Below are positions 39,991 to 51,714 of a DNA stretch of 64,000 bases, piece by piece. This stretch comes from Eledone cirrhosa (Eukaryota). The position numbers and the translations under genes are program-made. The notes under the pieces are model-generated. The model was not told the DNA's origin, made no database searches, and saw nothing but the letters and a program-made list of their open reading frames with translations. Every line of letters starts with the position of its first letter. Within the stretch, counting starts at the first letter, position 1. The stretch covers positions 96,782,001-96,846,000 of the forward strand of contig OZ024741.1 in assembly GCA_964016885.1 (NCBI GenBank), in the 5' to 3' direction.

Positions 39991-41055
39991 TACCCCGTCC
40001 GTTATCACACACGCGCTTGTACATTCACCCCGAAATTCATATGGCTCTCTTATGGTCAGAAACATATCCTCTTCCAGCTATTACAGACCAACAATATACG
40101 CGCACTCCACTTTTCTCTTCATAGTTCTTTATACACACACACCCTCACATTAACATACTTTTGCTCATAGCTTCGTACTTACAAACACACACCCTTTCAC
40201 TTACATATCACACACGTATTTCCTTAGCTTCGTACGGACGTATAACAGCACACACATACACACACACGCACACGCACGCGCACAAGTATTGCCCTTTATA
40301 CAAATCGATTTTTTTTTCCATTTCAGGTGGACGTGCTCCATCATCCACTTTTCTAAAAAAATATAACATACACAAAACGCCAGATTATTCGATTCGTTAG
40401 CAAGTAAGCAAACAGCCTCTTTTAACCCATGTCAGTTGAATGAGACCCTCATTCTTGCACTTGTGAAGCGAAGAATCTTCAATAATGCAAGAATATCAAA
40501 CCAGCCGTAAATGTGATGAAGAAATCACTTGGTTTCAAAACAAGGAAAAATGGACAAGAAAGGACAGAAGATTCTTGGAAGTAGCGGTTGAATGGTCAAA
40601 TCAAGGAAATAAAACACACACACCAGAAAACGTGACATCAGGAAACATAAGTACGAAGGGGAGATTGACAAGGGAATACAACAAAAAGGGAAATAGGCTA
40701 AATGTTATAATAGAGGAACTAATGCAACGTGTCGTAGCCAAAACAGCAAAGGTTAATAGATATTACAGTAGAGTTAGCCAGTATAGAAAAAAACCGGTTG
40801 TTCAACAACAATAGATGTTATTTGAACAGCTTGAATGGAAAGAAAGATGCAATAAGCCAACTTATTTTGGAGAGGGTTATGGGAGCAAATTGTTGAGCAT
40901 AATAAGCCGGCAGAGTGGATTGAAATTGTTACAAAGCACACCAACAACATGATTTACGATTCTCGGTTGAAATCCTTAAATGCAGACCAATAGATTAACC
41001 AAATGTAAATCCCCAGGCCCAGTTGGTGTGCAAGGATATTGGACTAAAATATAAC

Positions 41056-41218
41056 TGTTTCTACTTTTGGCACAAGTACATTACTAGTACTTTATTTTAT
41101 CGACCCCGTATGGATGAAAGGCAAAGTTAACCTCGGCGGGATTTGAACTCAGATCATAAAGGGACATAACTCTATGCTAGAAAGTATGTCCGACCATCTA
41201 CCGATACTGCCAATTCAC
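41056..41218 (-). mobile_element. SINE nested in Dong element, 12-bp TSD
   Basis: TSD CTAAAATATAAC at 41044-41055 and 41219-41230. Confidence 0.9.
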
Positions 41219-42188
41219 CTAAAATATAACGTCACTCCACCCGGCAATGACGGCGATGTCAATGACTGTTTGATGTAGGTTGGAGAACCACAGCGGTTCA
41301 GAAAAGGTACCACAATTCTAATAATGAAAGGCCCAGCCAAGGTAAATGACGTTACCAACTATATGAATATCACATGTCTGTCCATGATGTATAAATTGCT
41401 AACAAAACATATGTATGAGGAAATCTGTCACAACACCGACATAAAGAACCTATGTCCGGAGGAAGGGAAAGGATACAGACAGAAATCCCTTGGCACAATA
41501 AACTAGTTACCTATTCACAAGTGATAATAAGGAACTGCAAGAGAAAGTATACTGGTCTTGTCATTGGATGGATAGATTACAAGAAAGCACTCGACATGAT
41601 TCCTCACTCTCAGCTAACCAACAATTTGGAAAACTTCAAGGTGGAGGGAAGCAGACTGCTATTAAGTTTCATCATGATGACTTGAGAGAAAGGGCTACAT
41701 CAGCGGGAGAATCATTGAGAAAAGTGAAACTCAAGAGAGGTATCTTCCAAGGGGATAGTCTCTCCCCTTTATTGTATGTCCTTTCCGACATTTCCTTGTC
41801 CCACGTATTGCGAAGAGTCAAGGCAGGATATGAACTTGAAAGAGGTGAGCTCACCACTAACTATCTCTTCATGGATGAACTAAAACTCTTTGGAAAGAGC
41901 GACAAGGAGCTGATTGTACTTGTTGAAATTGTCCGTACATTCAACAATGATATATGTATGGAATTTGGTGTTAATAAATGTGGAAATGTACAAATGATAG
42001 AGATAACAAAGGAGAACAACATCGAAGGTGGATATAAGTATTTGGGTGTTCTGGGGGCAGATTACATTAAGAACAATAAAATGAAGGAGAAAATAATATC
42101 TGAATACATAAGGAGAGTAAGTAACATACTGAAATCGCAGCTGAATAGTAGAAATGCTATAAGTGCATTAAATTCCCGAACTGTACTA

Positions 42189-42372
42189 GTGGATTGGCAG
42201 CATCTGTAGAGGGTCGGACGCCATGCTTTGCAACACAGTTACATCCCTTTACGGACTGAGTTGAAATCCCGTCGAAGTTAACTTTGCCTTTCATCCTTAC
42301 AGGGTCGATAAAATAAAGTACCAGTAATGTACTGGATAATTGCTGGCCTTGTGCGAAAAGTAGAAACAATTA
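42189..42372 (+). mobile_element. SINE nested in Dong element
   Basis: GTGGATTGGCAG...GAGTTGAAATCCC...GCCTTTCATCCTTACAGGGTCGATAAAATAAAGTACCAG...TAGAAACAAT splits the NSRTVLV / IRDSAGIL reading. Confidence 0.9.
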
Positions 42373-43496
42373 TTAGGGACAGTGCGGGAATTCTTAAATG
42401 GAATCTGAACGAGCAAAATGATCTGGATAGAAAGACAAGGAAATTAATGGCTACATACAGTATGTTGCATAAGAATTGTAATGTTGATAGACTGTACTTA
42501 TGCAGGTCTGAAGTTGGAAGAGGTATAATCAGCGTGGAGGAATGTGTTCCGAAGGAGAAGAGCTATTTTCACAAATATGTGTCTGAAAGTAACTAGACAA
42601 TGCCTAATGTTGTACTAAAAGAGGAGACAATAGACAAGGGAATGTCCCAAAAAGAAGTAACAACAAAGAGGAATAATAAGCTGAATGAAAAGGCCCTTCA
42701 GTATCTTTTTTGAAGAAAACAGATTTTGGAGATCCGCAAACATGGAACTGGTTAAAGAAAGTGGACCGTAAGAAAGCCACCGATGGATTTCGACTGGCTG
42801 CACAGGAGCAAACCCTTAGAACGAAGTGGAGGAAACACCGTGTTGACGATGAGGAGACTAGTCGCTCTATAGTATCTGTGGAGAATGAGATAAAACTGCG
42901 GCTCACATCGTCTCTGAGTCTAAACACCTACCGCAGACTATTTATAAAGGATATAGTTATGATATCAGAGGAAAATTGATTCATTGGTATTTATGCAAAA
43001 TGAACATTCAAATCAGGAGCGGTAATAGAGGACGAGCGGATGAACGTGCTGTGGGATCTCAGGATACAAACGGACACATTATTGGAAGACAATTTGCCTG
43101 ACCTAGTGGTCTTTGACAAGGAAAAAGGATCTTGCTTGACTATAGATGTAGCCTGCCCTTTGGCACAAGTGCAGTAAAAGGAGGAGAAAATTAAACGGTA
43201 CTAGGATCTAAAGCGGGAAAAGAAATATATTTTGGACTATCCCGAGATCAAGGGCGTCCCCATCGTCATAGCAGGATTAAGTCCTATGTCTAAAAGCATG
43301 GTTAAAGGCTGGTTAAAGAATATTAGCACAGCCCGCTTTTTGGAACACTTCAAAAGGCATGGCTGTCGGGAACTGTAGTGACCCTACGATATGTCCTGAA
43401 TATCAGAAGCAGGAGGTAGCGGCTTGATGTTCGTTAGGGCAAATTTTCCGGTTAAATAACATCAATGACTGAGATATCAATGTAATAATAATAACA

Positions 43497-43600
43497 ATTG
43501 TTTCTACTTTAGGCACAAGGCCAGCAATTACCCAGTGCATTACTGGTACTTTATTTTATCGACCCCGTAGGGATGAAAGGCAAAGTCAACCTCGGCGGGA
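43497..43600 (-). mobile_element. 5'-truncated SINE in the (TAA)n tract ending the Dong element
   Basis: SINE core flanked by AATAATAATAA on both sides. Confidence 0.85.
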
Positions 43601-43649
43601 ATAATAATAATAAACACATATGCACATATGAATATACATACATACATAC

Positions 43650-43699
<50 letters not shown>

Positions 43700-44600
43700 G
43701 GGGGGGGGATGTATCAATATATAAGTACATTATATACACTCTTCTTTTTCTCCTCCCTTCCTGCTCCTTCTTGGCAAAACCATAGAAGTTTGGTAGAACA
43801 TTATTTACGCCATTTAATTATGGATCTTTTCCTTTCTGCATCCAATTTCCCTCGTGTTCAACTTTTCCTTTCATTCTTCCAGCGTGAATAACGTAGCAGT
43901 CAAATGCGGGGGTCGGTTTAATCGGCTTTTACCAACAAAATAGAAAAACTTTTTTCATCTTGTGTCTAAATACGAAACTATAATTATATTGAGCATAATG
44001 CTGCTGATTACGATGATTAACGTGAATTTAAATATGTCGGTGGTAGTGCTGACGTAGATAGTAAGTTGGTAATCCAGAGATAAATTTGGTATTCCAATGA
44101 AACTCTGTCTGGCGAAAAAAGAGAAAAAGGAAGAACATAGCGAAACCGTTCCACATCTACGTAAGAATTTGCTTTTTCTGTCTGTTTCTTTCACTGACTT
44201 TCTTTAGAGTGAAGAACCAGGTGTTTGCAGCAGTGCTTGATCATAACGCATAGCTAGATAAGTTGTCTGGAATTAACATTTCTTAATTATCTTCTCATTT
44301 ACTCTGCTAATTGAAGCGAATAGTAGTTTGTCTGATACATTGCTTTTAAATAATTAATTTCCTATCACGTGAAGTAGAAAATTTGTATATCGAACGAATT
44401 ATTCTCGAGTTAAGAACTTTTATCATCATTAAGATGTTATTACGTAATTCAATTTTAGAATTTATTATCTTTAGATTGACCACCAAATTCTGGTAAAGAT
44501 GAGCAGTTATTAATGAAACTTGATATCTTGCCTAAACTTGTTCAAACCATTCGCCATTTGAAATATGATAATGCTTTTGTGTCCTGATAATGATAGTAAC

Positions 44601-44848
44601 TATTAATATACCATAAACTCTTATGAAATTAATCTATTGTTCTCAGATTTCTTGAATATGTCGGTATACGCATACATCAGTCTCCATATATTCGTAGTTG
44701 TACGTATGCTCATGTATGATCTGTTATTTAGAGTTTTCTTTGGCTAGACGCCTATTGAGGTCATTTTCCTTTAAGTATTAATATACCATAAGCTCTTATG
44801 AAATTAATCTATTGTACTCAGATTTCTCCAATATGTGGGCACACGCAA
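44601..44848. repeat. ~70-bp imperfect direct repeat (44601 and ~44777)
   Basis: TATTAATATACCATAA(A/G)CTCTTATGAAATTAATCTATTGT occurs twice. Confidence 0.7.
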
Positions 44849-45027
44849 TTAACCTTGTCTATGTATTCTTAGTTTTACTAATGAGCAGAGAGTTACTAAA
44901 CTTATGCGCAGAGATTTAGATTTTACTCTGGATAGATGCGTTTACAGCTCTCATCCTTTTCGAGATTTTCTGCTCAACCATATGGAAACAAGTTATGTCC
45001 ACGTGTCGTATGCGTCTACAACGTATG

Positions 45028-45146
45028 TATTAAAAAGGTGCATTAGTTTTCAAAGAATCCAAGTTCAACCAAGGAGTCATACAGGTGTATTATAAAGGTG
45101 CATTAGTTTTCAAAGAATCCAAGTTCAGCCAAAGAGTGATACGTGT
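45028..45146. repeat. 60-bp tandem duplication
   Basis: AAAGGTGCATTAGTTTTCAAAGAATCCAAGTTCA at 45034 and 45094. Confidence 0.85.
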
Positions 45147-45427
45147 GGATTGGTAAAATACAGTTAGAGTAAGGAAAATGGGAATGATTCTGAAATGATT
45201 ATTAAAATTAAAAACACCTCACCAAGTGTTCATAATTGACTTTGATTTCTGGTGAGCATCTAATATGGAGCATCTAATATGGAGCATGTTTCTATTTCAA
45301 AGTTTCTAACAAACATTCCGTATACCAATTTCGGCTTCTACAAAATATTACAAATTGGATTCGAACATGATACCTCCTCAATACGAAACGGATTGCTTAG
45401 TTATTAAAACACAGACAGACACACAAA

Positions 45428-45473
<46 letters not shown>

Positions 45474-46112
45474 TATACATATTCTATACATATCAATCTG
45501 TATATGTAAATATATACCTTATTTATGAACATAAATATATTTGCATACACACTCACAAAAACCCACACATATATATGTTTGTTTGAGAGAGTATATGTGT
45601 GCGTGTGGGTATACGCCCGCGTGACTGTGTGTCCGCATATGCGTGTGTCATTGTGAATGTGTGTGTGTGTGTTTGTGTGTATGTGTATAAGTTCATATTT
45701 ATATGCTTGAAACTGTTTCTTTCCAGCAATAAACATCGAATCATATTGGAAATATGTTTTTTTATTTGATGAGAGCTCCTAATTTAATTGCAATATACAC
45801 TTTAATATTAGATCATTGATTTAAATGATGAATTCGACGGATTTCTAAATATATAGATCGATAAATAATTAATTAAGTCTCGTACAAATTGTGTTATTTC
45901 TCTTTTACATTTTCTCCCCAAGGGAGAGAAATGCTAAAACAAATTGGTGGTACCACTAAGAAAAATACAATTAAATCAGCGTGATGACTGAATTTAACCT
46001 GAATTAATCTTGCTCTCACTTTATTAACTATGTTTAATTATCGTCACTACTGTTCATTTATGGTAACATTATATACATATATATAATGTTAGGTTTATGT
46101 AACACACACACA

Positions 46113-46181
<69 letters not shown>

Positions 46182-46300
46182 GTGTGTGTGTTACAGAAAC
46201 CTAATAATTTTGTTTCAATAACATAGTGTCACAAATTAAATAACCTTGCATATGTATGAGTGAAGAACCATTCTGTCTATTTAATATCACAAATATAATA

Positions 46301-46901
46301 ATTGTTTCTACTTGAGGCACAAGACCCGCAATTTGAAGGGGAGGGAAAAGTCGAATAATCGATCCCAGTGCATTACTGGTGCTCTATTTTAACGATCCCG
46401 TAAGGGTGAAATGCAAAGCTAGTTTCGGCGGGATTTGAACTCAAAATGTAAAGGGACGTAACTCTGCCGCGAAGCAGGGTGTCCGACGCTCTACCCATTC
46501 TGCCAATCCACCGCATATAGTAATTTATTATATTTTGGGCACAAGGCCAGCAATTATCCCAGTGCATTACTGGTACTTTATTTTATGGACCCCGTAAGCA
46601 TGAAAGGCAAAGTTAACCTCGTCGGGATTTGAACTCAGACCGTAAAGGAGCGTAACTCTATGCTGCAAAGCATGGCGAACGACCCTCTACCGATACTTAC
46701 TGCCAATCACATATATAATAATTGTTTCTACTTTTGGCACAAGGCCAGCAATCTTCCCAGTGCATTACTGGTACTTTATCTTATCGACCCCCGTAAGGAT
46801 GAAAAGCAAAGTTAAACTCGGTGGGATTTGAACTCAAACTGTAAAGGGCCATAACTCTATTCTGGGAAGCATGGCGTCCGTCTCTCCACCAATACTGCCA
46901 A
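46301..46901 (-). mobile_element. Three head-to-tail SINE copies (~46301-46515, ~46535-46710, ~46721-46901)
   Basis: Three successive cores, each with GGATTTGAACTCA and ending CTGCCAAT. Confidence 0.9.
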
Positions 46902-49005
46902 TAATAAGTGAAAACTGAGAAGCCAATAATTGCATTGCAGTAATGTCTACCTTAGACCGGGTAATAAAAATGGTGATGGTAGATGTGGGTTGGCTACTAG
47001 AACATGATCATATCGACACAAATACTTTTCTGGTATTTTGTCTATCCATATATAACGATTAAGTATACCTATCATCAAAGATGTTCTGTATAATTTTGCG
47101 TCACACCAAACCTTGTGAATGAAAATGGGTAGCTGGAAACTGTTATACTCTCCGTGAATCGCCCTGAGAATTTCTGTGGGCTAAGCGAACGAACCTATGT
47201 TTATTTCTGAATCACGTACGCGTTAATTTAATGCTGGAACATTCATCGTCGAAAGCAACAAGGATCTTTTAATTTAAGTCATAAGTGGAGTGGATGAATA
47301 ATTATCACTTACAGGTTGTAAAAGTCGATATGAGTATATTGAAATGGTTGTCAAATGCGAATTTATTATTTTTATTCCCGATTTTGTAGACATCTGTCGC
47401 AGAAATAATATACAAAATGTAAGACATGAATGTATGAGAGGGACAGCAGAAAGGTAGGAATGGAGACTGCCTAGAATAAAGAACGAAAGAATGGTTGTGT
47501 GAGTTTGATAGAGAGAACTAGAAAGTAGGGTTTTAAATAAAAATGTAGAAAGGTAAGGAACAAAGAAGGAGGAAGACAGAAGAAATATGACTAAAATGGA
47601 TTAAAGAAAATATTGAGAAAAATCTGGTTATTTACAATTAATTAGTTAATTTAAGTCTAATAAATAATAAATATCTCGAGAAAATTTCACCATCAAATAA
47701 ATAAACGAAGTTATTGAGAAAATTATAAATTGGAATTTCCCTCGTTACCATTTCGCATTTTTCTAATGACATATATGACTGCTTTTTCCAATATGAACTT
47801 TGTCATTTGTAACTGTGATCCCATAGTAATTTGGCTGTTACTTTTAGCCGGTCAAATTACGACATAGAGGTTATAAAGAAATTGCTAGTGAATGATGCCT
47901 GTAAAAATGATTACATCTAAAACATTCAATATTACCTAAGGAGATAAGGGATAGTGTTAACTGCAACATCGGTCGTAGCTACTTTTCAAACGTTACTAAA
48001 GATTACACTATCGCCGAATATTACAATATATCACAGTTTCCAAAACATTTTGGAGCACCTTCCTGTTTTGGAGGATGAATTTCACCAACGCTTCTCACAC
48101 TAACGTTGGTAGGAATTATAGACTGAAAATCAAAATCTAAAATTTTAATTTTAGTTTAATATCTATTTGATGCATTCACTAAATAACATAATGTGACAGC
48201 TTTACAAATATATAATATATTTTATAGTTGCCCTTTCTCTTATTATTCGTTGCATTCTAATTACAAATCCTTAACATACTGACATCAAGCGGAGATTTTC
48301 CGATCATGTACAATTGTTTTGGTGTAGGAAGAGGGACGATTCTACCGCACTGAACCGTTTCATTTGACTGTTTCGTGATCAAGAATATAATACCCACATT
48401 AAATGGGGGTTGCATACACTTTAGCAATCTGCAATATACATAAACAGGAAAATTGAGCTAATGTTTTGCTGCCACTAGAGAAACGGTCTGCTATCAAACT
48501 TCAAATGAATGATATACCACAAAGAATACCTCTGCTCTACTCGAACAGAAACCCTGACATTCAAACAGACATGTACGCCATAAAAACGCATCCATCCCAT
48601 TAACATCAGCGTAGGATGAACCAAAATGATGCCACCTCAATTAAAGATGCAGCCCCCAGCAATACCCAATACTCAGGGTAGAAGCCCAGCTAAACTCAAT
48701 TACATTACCAGCGCGCTTATGAGTACATTGGGTGTATCTAAAATATTTAAAAGTTAATGGCTTTACTATGTCACCAAATTCCCGGAGTTCTCACATTTCA
48801 TTGCCTTTACAAGCCCTTAACAACATCTATCTAAGTTAGATTCGTTACTTTGAATTTTTCATTTGGAAGACATAGGTCTTGAAACCTTCGTTATTTCAGC
48901 AATATGTTAAACTCTTAATGTAAATACTCTCAACTCCCGCAAGTTTATTGGTCAAGTCCTTCATTTCTACACACACGCACATACGCACGCGCGCACGCAC
49001 ACACA

Positions 49006-49073
<68 letters not shown>

Positions 49074-49486
49074 CACACGTTCATGCAAACAAACGCACGC
49101 CCACGCACATAGACTCGTAAAACACACCCACTCAAATACATACATATATGAGTGGGGGATGTATACTGATATGAATGCGTACGTATATGTGTGCTTGTGT
49201 TAGTGCATTTCTGATCATATGTGATTGCGTGCATACTTGGGTCTCTGTATGTTTGGTTGCATTTCAGTATTTGAATAATACATGAAAACATTTTATCAAT
49301 TTTTAAAATAAAAATTTTTCATCCGTAAATATTTTGAAAAGTGATATTTAGTCTGTCAATTTTTCCACTGAATTTGTTTTCCGAATTAATTCTAAATTCG
49401 TCTTGATTTATGAGAAGCGTGAAAATTAAATAAATATCACTTTTGAAAGATACTCATATATACACACACAAATATACACACATGAC

Positions 49487-49553
<67 letters not shown>

Positions 49554-49729
49554 GTCTGGCTCTGTGTGTGCGTGCGTGTGTGTGTGTGCGTGTGTGTAAG
49601 AATGTATGTTTATGTTACTTCATGCTGTTCAAACTGTTTAGTAAAATGTATTAAATATGAGTTTATCATTTTATTTGTGCACAGCATGTTTGAACGCTTT
49701 TAAAAGTATTTACAATTATCTAAGTCTTA

Positions 49730-49845
49730 TCCCGGCTTTATGGTGTGAAGCGACTGAGCATACAAGACAATCCCTTGGATAGGACGCCAGTCCAACGCAG
49801 AGTTAAACCTCCAGCTATTGCTGGTACTCATTTTCAGTTCAGTTA
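49730..49845 (-). mobile_element. Fragment of a second SINE-like family
   Basis: CCCTTGGATAGGACGCCAGTCCAACGCAG...GCTGGTACTCATTTTCAG resembles widespread invertebrate SINE central domains; family not assigned. Confidence 0.4.
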
Positions 49846-50293
49846 CGAATTTGATACTATTGCTCGGTATTTAGATTTAGTTATTTAGCAACTTGTTTAT
49901 CTAATAAATGTGTGTGAATATATATGTGTGATAGTGTCTATACATGTACATATATGTTTTTCTATTTTTGTGTGTGGGTGTATGTGCATGTGTGCATGTA
50001 TGCGTACGTACGCGCCTGTATCTATGTATGTCAGTGCATGCATGTTTGGTTATGTGCTGCTTCGCTTCGTGTGCGCGGTGTGTATATCGTCTACTATGGG
50101 AAGCAGTTAGAGTCGATTTTGGCTTTGATTTATTAACAATTCCGATGAGCAGATCAGCCTGGAGTCGAATCTATAGCATTGATATAGATACTGAGCCAGC
50201 CATTATGAAACGGTCATAAATGTGTTTAATCAATAAAGACCTTAATGTGAAACCTCGCATTGTTCTCTCCTCTCAACCTCTCTCACACACACA

Positions 50294-50345
<52 letters not shown>

Positions 50346-50794
50346 TATATATATATATTTTATTAAAATAACAGATTAAAGTTTAAGCAAAGAATTGGTG
50401 AATTCACCCTTAACGGGATCTTCTAAAACAATATATATACACACACACATATAAAGGATTTTTTTAAAGGCTCCTTCAAGTATTATTAAATATCCTTATA
50501 TACTTTCTGCGCAGTTACTACGTATTTACTGTACCTTTCAGTATACACTGTATACAAGCGCCTCTATATATGTATGTATATATATATATATGTGTGTGTG
50601 TGGGATTGTATATATGTATGGAGATATATATGGATGTATAATTTTTACTGATATAGGCATCTCTCCAAGTATGTTTACAGACATATTTTTCCACGTTCTT
50701 CTAAGTTTTTTGAGAATTCTTTCTAAATATTCGCTGCACATTTAATATTTACTGTGCTTTTAGTATATAATACAATTGCGGTTGTGCATGTGAT

Positions 50795-51330
50795 TGTTGT
50801 GTGTGTGTACGAGCCCATATGCGCGAAACATGGATACGTGTGTGGGCGTCTACAGGCCAAGACGTCTGGGGTGCGCGCGGGCGTTCCAACCATACAGCAA
50901 CCTACAACAGTAATTCCGCTAAAAGGAACAACATAGATTGACAGGTGACATATAAATCGAACCAGAAAAATGAACGGCCATGAGTGGTCAGAAATACCGG
51001 TGACGTTTACAATTCTTGACCACGCATCGACCGACAAGAACAGGATAGAAGCTGGCGAGCGAAGACCACGCGATTAACTGGACATTTGGAAACTCTGCTT
51101 CGAAAGATCGAACCGTATCTGAGGATCTTGCGATTTCAGAGTCAGGTACGATTATCGCATCGATCGTGCCTTGAGCTGGTCACCAGAGAAACGATTGTAA
51201 TATGTCTAATAAATTTTAATTCGTCGCACCACTGATTCTCCGTTTCTATGTGATATTATACTCTGCTCTGTAAGAGCATCTAGTGCTCAAACGGCCTACC
51301 GCTTACGGACGCTTTAAGCATCGCACACCA
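50795..51330 (+). mobile_element. Candidate solo LTR (~536 bp)
   Basis: GC/CpG-richer island starting TGTTGTG and ending CACACCA (6/7 inverted match), with AATAAA at ~51208. No clean TSD. Confidence 0.35.
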
Positions 51331-51442
51331 ATTATATATATATACATTATGTATGTAAAAAGTAAACAGAAATAACAACACAATCGGTACAGTATATGGA
51401 AGGTATATATTAGGTTAACGCTTGATAGATTAGGAAAAGCAC

Positions 51443-51476
51443 CTTAATGTTTCGGACGCTAGTCCTTCATCAGAAG
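51443..51476 (-). ncRNA. Minimal PLE-type hammerhead motif within a pLTR-like remnant (~51345-51712)
   Basis: Minus strand CTT-CTGATGA-A-GGAC-TAGC-GTCC-GAAAC-ATT-AAG; probably a decayed GAAACGTT. Confidence 0.6.
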
Positions 51477-51714
51477 AAAGAATGAGAAATGAAATAGTTT
51501 GACGTTGACGGGCCGGATGGAATTGGAAAAAATGATAGGAAGAAAGATTTCGAAATGCAGATATAAACGCAGAGCAAATATGAAGAAGAAGATAGATGGA
51601 AAAAATTATCTTTTAGATAATATATAAAACTAGCTATGAACTATAGGGACATTCTAGATTAATCTATCCGCTATAACTGCAATAAGGCGTCTCTCGGAGG
51701 TTTATTTTATCACA

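Larger units (their letters stand above)
40450..43490 (+). mobile_element. Decayed Dong/R4-type non-LTR retrotransposon (RT plus restriction-like endonuclease)
   Basis: Fragments IDYKKALDMIPHS, RGIFQGDSLSPLL, LFMDELKLF, YKYLG, LDRKTRKLM..VDRLYL..GRG, AAQEQ and VLWDLRIQTD...PDLVVFDK....IDVACP (43021-43160). Ends in (TAA)n. Many stops and frameshifts; two internal SINEs. Confidence 0.85.

Noticed and set aside
39340-40170. 276-aa ORF as a host gene
   Set aside because: It is mostly an alternative frame of a frameshifted PLE remnant; only the EQSMIYRLG..GLN part is in the ancestral frame.
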